Shown here piece after piece: positions 1 through 9,278 of a stretch of DNA of 53,053 bases (its first letter is position 1; each line of letters opens with the position of its first letter). The notes under the pieces are model-generated. The model ran no database searches, was not told the origin of the DNA, and saw nothing but the letters and a program-made list of their open reading frames with translations. This stretch comes from a virus (taxonomy: Duplodnaviria > Caudoviricetes): positions 1 to 53,053 of the IMG/VR virus record IMGVR_UViG_3300006919_000073; one strand, 5' to 3'. A program made the translations under genes and the position numbers.

Positions 1-423
1 GCTACCGGTGGTAACGAGAACTACATCAAGTTGCAGGAAGCAGCAGAACAGTTCAAGCCTCACAAGCTGACCTCTATCTGTGCCTTCCTCTCACCTGCTG
101 AAGGTGCTCACACGAGTATCATCACCAGTGGGTCATACGTCTTCGAGATGACTCAGGAGAAGAAAGACATCTTGACCAAGTTAAAAGAGTACAGCAAGCT
201 TAATCCCGCCTTTGTATCTAAGGCTGTGTTGCTTGCCATCATCGACCTCCGACGCTTGGAAGGATTCAGTATCGACCGGTTGTTCCACGCAATTGAGCTT
301 AACTTTGAGTCTATCATAACTCAGAGCGGAAGAGGGAATTGGTCCCGACACTTTGTTCGTTTCTACAACAAAGGTCTCCGCTCCGGTAAGCTCAGCACTG
401 ATGATCTACCTAGTAGCCACTGA
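1..423 (+). CDS. 5'-truncated phage protein, possibly the C-terminal part of a ParB-N-associated protein
   Basis: Frame is open from base 1 (ATGGNENYIKLQ...) to TGA at 421-423. The GNENYIKL and FYNKGLR segments resemble the C-terminal halves of phage ParB-like proteins (weak recollection). Confidence 0.45.
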   Translation, partial: ATGGNENYIKLQEAAEQFKPHKLTSICAFLSPAEGAHTSIITSGSYVFEMTQEKKDILTKLKEYSKLNPAFVSKAVLLAIIDLRRLEGFSIDRLFHAIELNFESIITQSGRGNWSRHFVRFYNKGLRSGKLSTDDLPSSH

Positions 424-2281
424 CCCGCAGAGTACCCTCTGCACAGATGGATATGAGTTTATGCCCTGGGATGCTGCAGTAGCAGCTCTCAGGGACAAGC
501 TCTACCTATTCATCGATATCGAAACCACAGGATTCAACTTCCAGAGCGACAGTATCCTCTCGATACAAGTCGCACACGACACCAACGACCAGTGGGTATT
601 CCTCTACAACAAGGAGGAACTGCCCGCTCTGTTCGAGACGTTCAATACCTGTAAGATGATGGTAGGTCACAACATCAAGTTTGACCTCAAGTTCCTGATG
701 CACCACGGATACCAAATCGAAGTACCTATCTACGACACCATGTTGTGTGAGCAGGTACTCGTCAATGGTACCAACCTACGTGCCGGTCTCGATTCTGTAG
801 TACAACGCTACTGCCAAGTACGTTTGGATAAGTCTGTCCGTGCCACCTTCTCTCGTGGTGGACAGCTATCAGAACGACAGCTACAATACGCTGCCGATGA
901 CGTAAAGTATCTCAAGCCCGTAATGCAGGCTCAGATATCTGCGCTCAAGAAGAATGACCTCATGCACATCGCTCGTCTCGAATGCCAAGCTTGCCTTGCA
1001 TTCTTGACCATCGAGTACAACGGTCTCACCCTTGACCGCCAGTCGTGGCTCGCAATGGTTGACAACCTCGCTCAGCAATCACGCCAGTCAGAGTCAGCAC
1101 TCAACACTATCATCGACACCGATTCTACATTCGAGTCCATACGCACTCCAGCGTCACAGCTCGATATGTTCTTACCAGAGTCCGAGGTAATGGGTTCCCG
1201 TCTCAATTGGGATAGCCCCGCCCAAACTCTCCGTGTATTCCAATGCATTGACAACAGCATCATGGGTACCTCTGAACGAGATACTATGAAGATTGCTGCT
1301 GTACATGAGATTGGTAAGATGCTTCGTCAATACCGTGAGCAGACCAAGAAGGTCTCTTCCTTTGGTGAGTCCTTTATGGCTCATGTGTATGACGATGGTA
1401 AGATTCACCCGCGCTTCGTTCAGATTAAGCGTACCGGCCGTGTGTCTTGCAAGGAACCTAACATGCAACAAATACCAGCAGACAATGCGTATCGGAACTG
1501 TTTCGTTACAGAACCCGACCACGTATTCGTATCTGCTGACTACTCGTCTCAGGAGCTATGTATCATAGCCCATGGATCTAAAGACCCGGTCTTCAATCAC
1601 GCCCTCCGTAATGGACACGATTTGCACAGCGTCTGCGCAGCACTTGTGTTCGGGGAACGGTGGAAGGAAGCCGCTGAAGACTCATGCGCTTTCGAGCAAG
1701 GCTTCGAGAAGTGTAGCTGCCCCGACCATAAGAAGCTGCGTACTGCAGTGAAGAGTATCAACTTTGGACTCGCCTATGGAATGGGACCGAAGAAGTTGTC
1801 TGAGACTATGGAGATTTCTATGTCAGAAGCCTCTACCCTCATCGAGAACTACTTCAAGGCCTTCCCTAAGATTAAAGACTTCTTGGAGGGCATGTCACGG
1901 TCTGGTGTCAAGAATGGTTTCATCAAGACATTCAAGCCGTGGGGACGTACCCGATGGTTCGACGATTGGATGCCGCGTGGTATGGATATGGCTACTAAGG
2001 GCCGTATCGAACGCGTATCTAAGAACACACCCATCCAGGGTACTGCTGCTGATATGACTAAGCATGCACTCGTGCTATGCTATGACCATATCAAAAAGAA
2101 TAACCTACCTGTAAAACTCGTCATGACCGTTCACGACCAGATCGATACGACTTGTCCGCGCGACTATGCCGAGGAATGGGCTGCCAAACTCAAAGAACTC
2201 ATGGAGCAAGCAGCTCAGCACATTATGGGGAATGACCTACTGAAAGCAGAGGTCGAGATTACAGACAAATGGAGCAAATGA
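401..2281 (+). CDS. polA: DNA polymerase family A with 3'-5' exonuclease domain
   Basis: ExoI DIETTG, ExoII GHNIKFD, ExoIII YAADD; TGRVSC..PNMQQIP; motif A ADYSSQEL, motif B KSINFGLAYG, NTPIQGTAAD, motif C VHDQI. The ATG at 401 (MIYLV) is preferred over the TTG at 353. Confidence 0.96.
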   Translation: MIYLVATDPQSTLCTDGYEFMPWDAAVAALRDKLYLFIDIETTGFNFQSDSILSIQVAHDTNDQWVFLYNKEELPALFETFNTCKMMVGHNIKFDLKFLMHHGYQIEVPIYDTMLCEQVLVNGTNLRAGLDSVVQRYCQVRLDKSVRATFSRGGQLSERQLQYAADDVKYLKPVMQAQISALKKNDLMHIARLECQACLAFLTIEYNGLTLDRQSWLAMVDNLAQQSRQSESALNTIIDTDSTFESIRTPASQLDMFLPESEVMGSRLNWDSPAQTLRVFQCIDNSIMGTSERDTMKIAAVHEIGKMLRQYREQTKKVSSFGESFMAHVYDDGKIHPRFVQIKRTGRVSCKEPNMQQIPADNAYRNCFVTEPDHVFVSADYSSQELCIIAHGSKDPVFNHALRNGHDLHSVCAALVFGERWKEAAEDSCAFEQGFEKCSCPDHKKLRTAVKSINFGLAYGMGPKKLSETMEISMSEASTLIENYFKAFPKIKDFLEGMSRSGVKNGFIKTFKPWGRTRWFDDWMPRGMDMATKGRIERVSKNTPIQGTAADMTKHALVLCYDHIKKNNLPVKLVMTVHDQIDTTCPRDYAEEWAAKLKELMEQAAQHIMGNDLLKAEVEITDKWSK

Positions 2282-2649
2282 AAGTCTATGCGGAGAACTC
2301 GTTTACGCGATACGAGCATCTCCCCATGCACCACCGGATGCTTTACTGGGTTGATTACCTCGATCGCCTTGTTAAGTTTTCCCTTTATGACCCCGACCTC
2401 AGTCCTGACAAACAACAGAGACTGATAAGCGAAATTCGCAGAGTAACTTCAATCATTAAAGTACTTCAAAATGAACCTATCCGCAGAACAATTGAGTCTA
2501 AAGCGACAGCAAAACCTAGCGACCCGAGACCGGTTGTGGAACGCACCAGTACCACAAGCAACAAGAACGTACGGTCCCGTCGCAAACTCCGACCTGCACG
2601 GCGTCGTGACGGAGCGAGTACGACAGCACGGACTGACAATAGTAAATGA
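2269..2649 (+). CDS. hypothetical protein
   Basis: Coupled to the polA stop (ATGA at 2278-2281 gives an alternative start). The C-terminal third overlaps the next gene. Confidence 0.5.
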   Translation: MEQMKVYAENSFTRYEHLPMHHRMLYWVDYLDRLVKFSLYDPDLSPDKQQRLISEIRRVTSIIKVLQNEPIRRTIESKATAKPSDPRPVVERTSTTSNKNVRSRRKLRPARRRDGASTTARTDNSK

Positions 2650-3241
2650 AGAGTTTAGCTCTGCATTGAAAGATCAGATCATGCTGTGTAAGCTGCACAT
2701 CAGCAGCCCTGAGACACCAGGTATCAACCGGGTCTTTGCCTTCATGAATAGCTACAACAAGATGCGTAAGGTATCCTTTGCATCTGGTGCTGTTGTCCTT
2801 GTATGCTGGAACGGTATGTTCTGGAGCGATGAGGGCACGTTTGCACGTCGTCACTACCGCAATGTGTGGGATGACATCCACTCAGCTGTCGACACGCAGG
2901 TCAACAAGATGCATACAGACTTCACCAACCTGATGGAGTTCAAGCATATGGCTGAGCAGGTAGACATTCAACCTAAGAGTGTAGCTTCACTTGCCGGTCG
3001 CATGTACTTCGACGGCATCTTGTCCCCCCGTATGCTCAGCGACCTCAAGAAAGAGACGTATGAGTCACAGGAGTGGGGCTTCAAGAAGACAGACGATGGC
3101 ATCTTGCTGCCTGACTCCTTGTGGAAGTTCTACAACAACTGCACTGAGGCAGCTAAGCGTGCTCCAGCACACGAAACTGTCGGTGTCCACAGCAAGATCA
3201 CCAAGTTCTTGGCTGATGCAGCCGGGTTCAGCATGAACTAA
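2471..3241 (+). CDS. DUF932/LGT_TIGR03299-like phage protein
   Basis: NSYNK, G...VCWNGMF, RRH and SLWKFYNNCTE match the DUF932 pattern (NSxD...VCxNG...W..yNa.Te). Confidence 0.7.
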   Translation: MNLSAEQLSLKRQQNLATRDRLWNAPVPQATRTYGPVANSDLHGVVTERVRQHGLTIVNEEFSSALKDQIMLCKLHISSPETPGINRVFAFMNSYNKMRKVSFASGAVVLVCWNGMFWSDEGTFARRHYRNVWDDIHSAVDTQVNKMHTDFTNLMEFKHMAEQVDIQPKSVASLAGRMYFDGILSPRMLSDLKKETYESQEWGFKKTDDGILLPDSLWKFYNNCTEAAKRAPAHETVGVHSKITKFLADAAGFSMN

Positions 3242-3480
3242 TGGACATCAGACAGCATGCCGAATGGCAAGAGGTTTTGGATAGGTTGAAGTCTACTGCT
3301 GACGACCTAGCCAAGACCTCTCGTCAAGGCAGATACCGCCTGTACAAGTGGCGTGCCTCTTACATTATAGAGACCGTCGCTGATGAACAGACAATCCTTC
3401 TACGCACCGATTTGAAATTAGCAATCAACGCTGCGAAGGAGAAAGGATTAGACCTGAGAGAAATCATATTAGACCTGTGA
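3241..3480 (+). CDS. hypothetical protein
   Basis: TAATG coupling to the upstream gene; 79 aa. Confidence 0.65.
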   Translation: MDIRQHAEWQEVLDRLKSTADDLAKTSRQGRYRLYKWRASYIIETVADEQTILLRTDLKLAINAAKEKGLDLREIILDL

Positions 3481-3665
3481 TGTATGTACTACGCAGCATG
3501 ACTCATCAAGGTACCGCCCGGTATCTTGTATGGGAGACAGGTACTAAAGAACAATGTGAGTATGCGCGTAACCGCATACCCCGTGTTCTACCTTTTCTCT
3601 CAGATGAATTTGAAATAGTAACCCTAGACGAACACAATGGCACATGCTTATCATCACGCTGTTAG
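3477..3665 (+). CDS. hypothetical protein
   Basis: GTGA/ATG coupling; fills the gap in a co-directional operon. Confidence 0.55.
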   Translation: MMYVLRSMTHQGTARYLVWETGTKEQCEYARNRIPRVLPFLSDEFEIVTLDEHNGTCLSSRC

Positions 3666-4047
3666 TTCTACTCGTCGCTTCAGAGGTACTGAATCAGACT
3701 ATCTTGCTATACACGAGTGGATTGATGGCTCTAAGGTGGCTTTTAGTGACCATCGCCACCGTGCTCTTCGCCATCATAGCTTTGGCGTTTACGCTTGTGA
3801 AGAACGGTTCGGAGTAACCATCACCAACAGCGACGGCATTGAGGTACCTGTTAGGACCATTGCCGAACAGCACATCATTGAAGACTTGGGATTCGTCCCA
3901 TCAGTACAAGACTGGTTAAAGAGCATCGATAAAGAGTTCTGGATGACCGGTCGCAAATTGAATTTGCCCAATGAAGAAATGCCCGACATGCAAACAGAAA
4001 ATCAAGCTGAAGAAGAAGGCCAAGCCAAAACCTCAGCCCAAGTTTAG
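3637..4047 (+). CDS. DUF6915-like protein
   Basis: MAHAYHHAVSS...YLAIHEWID.SK....DHRHRALRHHSFG...FG..ITNSDG..VPVR.IAEQHI.EDLG.VPS..DWL matches the DUF6915 consensus. Confidence 0.8.
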   Translation: MAHAYHHAVSSTRRFRGTESDYLAIHEWIDGSKVAFSDHRHRALRHHSFGVYACEERFGVTITNSDGIEVPVRTIAEQHIIEDLGFVPSVQDWLKSIDKEFWMTGRKLNLPNEEMPDMQTENQAEEEGQAKTSAQV

Positions 4048-4327
4048 AAACCGTGGTACTTACAGCAGTTGGATTACCCGATGTCAGAAGCTACATGACA
4101 GCACTTGTTTAAAATATGAAAGAGCCTGCATGGAAAAAGCACTACCGCTCTTTCATGAAGCTCGTGATGTATTCGATACTGGTGCTGTAGATGATGCTAT
4201 CGTCATTCTAAAAAAGGCTCGTGCTACGTTTTGGGAGGGCGAACGCTGGTGGTACACAACTACTTGGACTACCCGTAATAACCCGGATATCTGGCTACCA
4301 GGTAGACAACCTAATTACTTTTTTTAA
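3971..4327 (+). CDS. hypothetical protein with N-terminal CxxC and Lys-rich stretch
   Basis: MKKCPTCKQK; 118 aa within the co-directional gene run. Confidence 0.55.
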   Translation: MKKCPTCKQKIKLKKKAKPKPQPKFRNRGTYSSWITRCQKLHDSTCLKYERACMEKALPLFHEARDVFDTGAVDDAIVILKKARATFWEGERWWYTTTWTTRNNPDIWLPGRQPNYFF

Positions 4328-4329
4328 TC

Positions 4330-4800
4330 ATGGAAAAGATCCCGAGAAACATACTAGATGCTGTTGAAGACATCTACAAGAACAGTGAAGTTGACCCACG
4401 GGAATACCCTGGTGTCTACATCTACTGGCAAGGTTGTGGCGACAGTGGAGGCATTGACGACATCAGCTTCTTAAGCAAAGAGGGTCTCGACTTTGTGAAG
4501 CAAAACAACTACGCACCTATGCGGTGGGCACATGACATGAAAGATGTCCAGCAACACTGGGCCTGCCGCGTGCAACAAGGACGCTATCAAGCAGAACCAA
4601 GCCTGCAAGTAGTGTCTGGCGACGACCGTCAGGGCTATGACCTGGACCAATGGGTGTATGAGCACTTTGATGTATGTGAAATCAATGACGGTGGCTTTGC
4701 TCACTGCTTCATTGAGATGCCACATGGCAAGGTCTGGGGCAACAGCTACAACTGGGTGCAGACCGAAGAGTTGATACGAGACGATCGATATGAAGATTGA
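4330..4800 (+). CDS. DUF6878-like protein
   Basis: WQGCGDSGGIDDI and EINDGGF motifs (xGxGDSG...NxGG). This family commonly lies near DUF6915. Confidence 0.65.
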   Translation: MEKIPRNILDAVEDIYKNSEVDPREYPGVYIYWQGCGDSGGIDDISFLSKEGLDFVKQNNYAPMRWAHDMKDVQQHWACRVQQGRYQAEPSLQVVSGDDRQGYDLDQWVYEHFDVCEINDGGFAHCFIEMPHGKVWGNSYNWVQTEELIRDDRYED

Positions 4801-6028
4801 TCAACGTCGACTTAAGCGACAGAAGGAAGTGGTCGCTAAGTGGACGGAGGCTGGGCGGCGAGGGACACTTGAGGCAGTTACTGGATTTGGCAAGACCTTC
4901 GTCGCCCTCCTCATCCTCCAAGAGATGAACGACAAGCTGCCTACTGGCAAGGCACTCGTCGTCGTCCCTACACAAAACCTTAAGCAGCAGTGGGAAGACA
5001 GCATTGCAGACATGCACATTACCGGCGTGTCTGTAATGGTCATCAATACTGCTGTTAAGATGGAGCACGATGTAGACTTGTTGATACTCGATGAGATTCA
5101 CAACTACATGAGTGAGGTATTCCGTGGTATATTTGCGTGTACCGATTATCGATACATCCTCGGCTTGACGGCTACAATTGATAGAGAAGACCCTAGGTTT
5201 CATATCATTAGCCAAGCCGCACCGGTGTTTGAGACTATCTCTCTCCGGGAAGCTGTGCGGAACGAATACGTCTCACAGTTCCAAGTCTTCAACCTTGGTC
5301 TACGCATGGGCGAGAACGAGGAGAAGAACTACAAGCTGGTAACGGATGCCTACTATGAAGCATTCGCTATCTTCAACAACCGCTTTCATGTAGCACAACG
5401 ATGTCTACGTGACCGCAGTTATCTGTCTGTATTTACCCGTACACTATCGGGGTGGTCAGAAGAGCAGGTACTTGGTAAGGCCCGCGCATTCAACACCGCT
5501 ATGAACAAACGCAAGCAGCTCATCTACAAGAGTGCTACTAAGCGGGAGGCAGCGAAGAAACTCATTGAGATCTTCGACGTGCATACCATCACGTTCTCCG
5601 AGAGTGTAGAGTTTGCTCAGCAGATGTACAAAGAGACGCAGCCCTGGGGTGCAGCGTACCATTCAAAGATGTCCAAATACGCCCGCCAAAACGTATTGGA
5701 CTCTTTTGCAGATGACCGTACCGATGTACGTGTGATTCACACCGCACGTGCATTGGATGAGGGTTTTGATGTAAAAGGTATCGAGTTGGCTATTGTGTGT
5801 TCCGGTACTTCTAAGCCGCGACAAGACTTGCAACGGACTGGCCGTGCAATCAGGTTTAAGGAAGGAAAGACCGGAGTGATTATCAACCTTTACTTGAAAG
5901 ACACTCAAGATGAAAAATGGCTTAAGTCCCGACAATCAAAGTCGGCAAACATCCAGTGGGTCCACTCCATCGAGGAGCTACTCGCAAAGTGCAACGACTC
6001 TCTACTCCGAAATCCTGTTGCTGGTTAA
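4790..6028 (+). CDS. superfamily 2 DNA helicase (DExH; SSL2/ResIII-like)
   Basis: Walker A TGFGKT, motif Ia VVVPT, DEIH, LGLTAT, ALDEGFDV, QRTGRAIR. Confidence 0.93.
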   Translation: MKIDQRRLKRQKEVVAKWTEAGRRGTLEAVTGFGKTFVALLILQEMNDKLPTGKALVVVPTQNLKQQWEDSIADMHITGVSVMVINTAVKMEHDVDLLILDEIHNYMSEVFRGIFACTDYRYILGLTATIDREDPRFHIISQAAPVFETISLREAVRNEYVSQFQVFNLGLRMGENEEKNYKLVTDAYYEAFAIFNNRFHVAQRCLRDRSYLSVFTRTLSGWSEEQVLGKARAFNTAMNKRKQLIYKSATKREAAKKLIEIFDVHTITFSESVEFAQQMYKETQPWGAAYHSKMSKYARQNVLDSFADDRTDVRVIHTARALDEGFDVKGIELAIVCSGTSKPRQDLQRTGRAIRFKEGKTGVIINLYLKDTQDEKWLKSRQSKSANIQWVHSIEELLAKCNDSLLRNPVAG

Positions 6029-6191
6029 AGCCGGTAAGAGAAAGTGGAGCGATGAGGCGTGGCAGTTTCAACTGTCTCTTAGCGAAGAGACAAACATTGA
6101 AGCCAACCTTACTAGTGTGGTTAAAGCACTGGAAGAAGCCCGAGAAGTTGAACAGAAGATCATGCTAGGCTATGGTGTATCCGCTCGATAA
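5910..6191 (+). CDS. hypothetical protein (start uncertain)
   Basis: Fills the 6028-6172 gap and the C-terminal half looks helical. The annotated ATG overlaps the helicase by 119 nt. Confidence 0.4.
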   Translation: MKNGLSPDNQSRQTSSGSTPSRSYSQSATTLYSEILLLVKAGKRKWSDEAWQFQLSLSEETNIEANLTSVVKALEEAREVEQKIMLGYGVSAR

Positions 6192-6729
6192 GTACGTTGA
6201 CGTACTCCTAAAGCTGGATATCAGCCCAGTACAAGTATTGTTCTGCCAAATCATATATGAGCGGCGGCATGATCTTCTGTATCGAATTGCTCAAGAAGGT
6301 CAGATATTTCCTACCAAGTATCTCGATGACTTGGAGGCGAAGGGATTGATTATTGATACCAACCCTTCCGCTGACAGCAAGTATGCAGACTTTTATGAGG
6401 TAACCGATAAGTTTATCAATGCTTTCTACTCCGCTTCTACTACAGACGGTGAAGAGTTTTGGGCAGCCTACCCACCCTTCATCAATATCGATGGTAAGAA
6501 GATACCGGCGAAGGCAGTCAACAAAGAAGAGCTGATTCGCTGGTACCACAAACATATCGGTAGCATGCATGACCACAAGAAGGTGATGGCAGCTTTGAAG
6601 TATGCCAAAGACCAAAAGCTGATCAGCATGCGTATCGACAAATGGTTACAAGCTGAGACTTTCGTCGACCTTTGGGAGATGATGAAAGACCGGCCCGCTG
6701 AAGATTTGCCACATGACAGAATCCTCTGA
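6172..6729 (+). CDS. putative replication initiator/helicase-loader-like protein
   Basis: wHTH-like N-terminus (LDDLEAKGLI) and an EEFWAAYP motif typical of phage replication proteins. Lies directly upstream of dnaB. Confidence 0.55.
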   Translation: MVYPLDKYVDVLLKLDISPVQVLFCQIIYERRHDLLYRIAQEGQIFPTKYLDDLEAKGLIIDTNPSADSKYADFYEVTDKFINAFYSASTTDGEEFWAAYPPFINIDGKKIPAKAVNKEELIRWYHKHIGSMHDHKKVMAALKYAKDQKLISMRIDKWLQAETFVDLWEMMKDRPAEDLPHDRIL

Positions 6730-7693
6730 ACTCCAAGTACGCCCTATGCATGAGGTCGTGTCTGCTACACAGACTACGATTCACAACTACATGGACGGTA
6801 AAATCCCTGTGATGAAAACGCGCTGGGATAAAGTCAACAAGATGTTGCTGGGCGGGATGCAGTTCGGGATGGTCTATGTAGTAGCAGGAGCGTCAGGTCA
6901 CGGTAAGAGTATGTATCTCAACAACCTTATCCGCGACTTTACTTCTACTGCCTACAACAAGTTTGACAAACCGGTCAAGATTCTGCACTTCTCATTCGAG
7001 ATGTCTGCAGAGATGGAGCTGATGCGCCGGCTATCCTCGCTTGCTGAGGTGCCGCTGGACCGTATGCTACACGCAACGACAGCTCTTGATGATGTAGAGC
7101 GAGTTATGATTGAAGATAAGCTGGGTCAAATCAATGAGCCTTCTATCTATTTCATCGAGCAGCCTGGCAACAGGATGCAGATTGCTCGTGCAGTTTCACA
7201 ATTTGTCAAGCAGCATGGCGATTGTCACTACGTCATCTGCCTTGACCACACTCTGCTTGTAACTCCTATGCCGGGAGAGAACGAGATTCAGACTCTCGCG
7301 GAACTCGGTAAGATGTGTATTGAAATACGCAAGAGGTTTGGTGCTATGGTGCTTCTACTTTCTCAGCTCAACGACAAGATCGAAGGCGAGAAACGTCGAG
7401 ACCCTGACAGCCCTAACCTACACTACCCATTGAAGACGGACATCCATGGCTCTAAGCAGCTCTACCACGCTGCTGATGTAGTCATGGTGATACATCAACC
7501 GTCTTTGCTGGGCTTAGAAACGTACGGTAGGAAAAACCTACCGACGAGAAACCTAGTAGCATTGCACTGCCTCAAGAACCGTCACGGTCAAGCAGGTATT
7601 ACACTGCTCAAGAATAATTTGAGACATGGAATCTTTGAAGACTGGGACGGTGGAGATTCGCCAGCACGTAGAGACAACCCCTACGGTCTATAA
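6713..7693 (+). CDS. dnaB: replicative DnaB-like (SF4) helicase
   Basis: Walker A GASGHGKS, FSFEMS, LDHTLL, LLSQLN, ADVVM, KNRHG. Confidence 0.93.
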   Translation: MTESSELQVRPMHEVVSATQTTIHNYMDGKIPVMKTRWDKVNKMLLGGMQFGMVYVVAGASGHGKSMYLNNLIRDFTSTAYNKFDKPVKILHFSFEMSAEMELMRRLSSLAEVPLDRMLHATTALDDVERVMIEDKLGQINEPSIYFIEQPGNRMQIARAVSQFVKQHGDCHYVICLDHTLLVTPMPGENEIQTLAELGKMCIEIRKRFGAMVLLLSQLNDKIEGEKRRDPDSPNLHYPLKTDIHGSKQLYHAADVVMVIHQPSLLGLETYGRKNLPTRNLVALHCLKNRHGQAGITLLKNNLRHGIFEDWDGGDSPARRDNPYGL

Positions 7694-7973
7694 GAACTTC
7701 GTCGTCGGTACCATCTTAGTCAATAAGTGGGACTTAGACTCGATGCTTGCCAACAGAGGAAAGACCGGAAGCTTCACCGTTATCGGGATGCACAGGGTCT
7801 TTTGCTTTGTAGGCGATGACTACATAAGTATCAGAAACACAAGCGATTACACTGCTTCTGCGAGTGAAAGAGTTGTTGATGATGCCAAGCTTATTTCGTA
7901 TCTTAGAGAGCGCGCCCAGAAGTCACTGGGTGACGTCATTCAAGAAATAGAAGAAGGAGTATTTGATGATTGA
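7626..7973 (+). CDS. hypothetical protein
   Basis: Fills the gap between dnaB and the AAA ATPase; start uncertain. Confidence 0.55.
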   Translation: MESLKTGTVEIRQHVETTPTVYKNFVVGTILVNKWDLDSMLANRGKTGSFTVIGMHRVFCFVGDDYISIRNTSDYTASASERVVDDAKLISYLRERAQKSLGDVIQEIEEGVFDD

Positions 7974-8652
7974 ACCACAGAAAATCAAAGCGGCACAATC
8001 GCCGCAGCGCTTGTTTATCTATGGCAAGCCGAAGGTGGGTAAGACTAGTGCTGTAGCACAGTTACCCAAGCACTTGATTATCGACACCGAAGTCAAGGGA
8101 AACAATGGAGACCAACTTGTAGGTGGCACGTCATACTGTGACGGTGCTACAAGCGTAGTGGTTGATGGGCTACCTAAGCTCAAGCAATGTTTGGAATACG
8201 TGCAGGAGAACCCGGATGCTTATGATTTCATTGTGCTCGACACCATCGACCACATCGAGGCATGGGTAACAGATACTGTCTGCCGGTCACATAAGGTCAA
8301 GCATATTGGCGATATCCCGCACGGCAAGGGCTGGCATCTGATGCGTAGTCAAGTCATTGCTATCATTGAGCAATTTGCTCGTGCCTCTAAGCACATCATT
8401 ATCGTCGGGCACCAGAAAGATGGGCATGACGAAGAAGGTGTTGAGGTACAGAAAATCAATCTTACCGGTAAGCTGAAGACTCACCTCTGTTCTATCATGG
8501 ATGGTGTGGGCCGTATCGTTCGTGAGGACGACAAGCTTATGATTGATTTCCGAACTGGAGTTAATACTGACGCAGGGTGTCGTATCCCTACCCTTGCTGG
8601 TCAGTTTGTTGAATTGAAGTGGGACACAGTATACCCTGATACTATCAAGTAA
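7963..8652 (+). CDS. AAA_24/Sak4-like P-loop ATPase
   Basis: YGKPKVGKTS, IIDTE, VLDTID, G.GW, IIVGH. Confidence 0.85.
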   Translation: MMIEPQKIKAAQSPQRLFIYGKPKVGKTSAVAQLPKHLIIDTEVKGNNGDQLVGGTSYCDGATSVVVDGLPKLKQCLEYVQENPDAYDFIVLDTIDHIEAWVTDTVCRSHKVKHIGDIPHGKGWHLMRSQVIAIIEQFARASKHIIIVGHQKDGHDEEGVEVQKINLTGKLKTHLCSIMDGVGRIVREDDKLMIDFRTGVNTDAGCRIPTLAGQFVELKWDTVYPDTIK

Positions 8653-9278
8653 TGTACGGATTTGATGAACAAACCGGTGCTTCAGAAGGAGGCGCCCGTA
8701 TCCCCGCAGGCATCAACGAAAACGTGAGCCTCAAAGATGTCTTGTTTGAACCTCTTAAGTCGGATGGCACTGGCGACGACGTATTGAAGTTCTTGTTCAG
8801 TGATGCCACTGGTGCATCCTTTACGCATATCGAGTTTCCTATCGATGCGCCACGTCTTACCGAGCTGGCTAAAGGCTGGGGCAAGAGTCAAGCTGAAGCT
8901 GAGACCTACGTCAAGCAACAGTTTGATGCACAAGGTGAGCGTATCAAGCACATCCTTTCATGCTTTATCCCTAAGGACAAGTGTGTCTTCCGTGCTGCTA
9001 ACTTTCAAGAGTTTGCAGAGGGCGTCATCAAAATGCTTGGTGAAGAGTATGTGAATGTACCATGCCGTGTAAAGATTGTCTACAAGAAGAACAGTCAATA
9101 CACGACGTTCCCTAACCGTGCATTCAAGCCGTTCATTCAGCCTATGTCCATGCCCAATCGATTGACCATTGATCCGAAATGGGATATCGTAGAGGCTGCA
9201 CAACCGGACTCGTCTGGTGATGCATGGGCTGCTAGTGAGACTACCAAGCAAGAGACAGCTGACGAAGCTCCCTGGTAA
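8652..9278 (+). CDS. putative single-stranded DNA-binding protein
   Basis: Lies between the Sak4-like ATPase and primase; acidic tail ending ADEAPW, as in phage SSBs. Confidence 0.55.
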   Translation: MYGFDEQTGASEGGARIPAGINENVSLKDVLFEPLKSDGTGDDVLKFLFSDATGASFTHIEFPIDAPRLTELAKGWGKSQAEAETYVKQQFDAQGERIKHILSCFIPKDKCVFRAANFQEFAEGVIKMLGEEYVNVPCRVKIVYKKNSQYTTFPNRAFKPFIQPMSMPNRLTIDPKWDIVEAAQPDSSGDAWAASETTKQETADEAPW

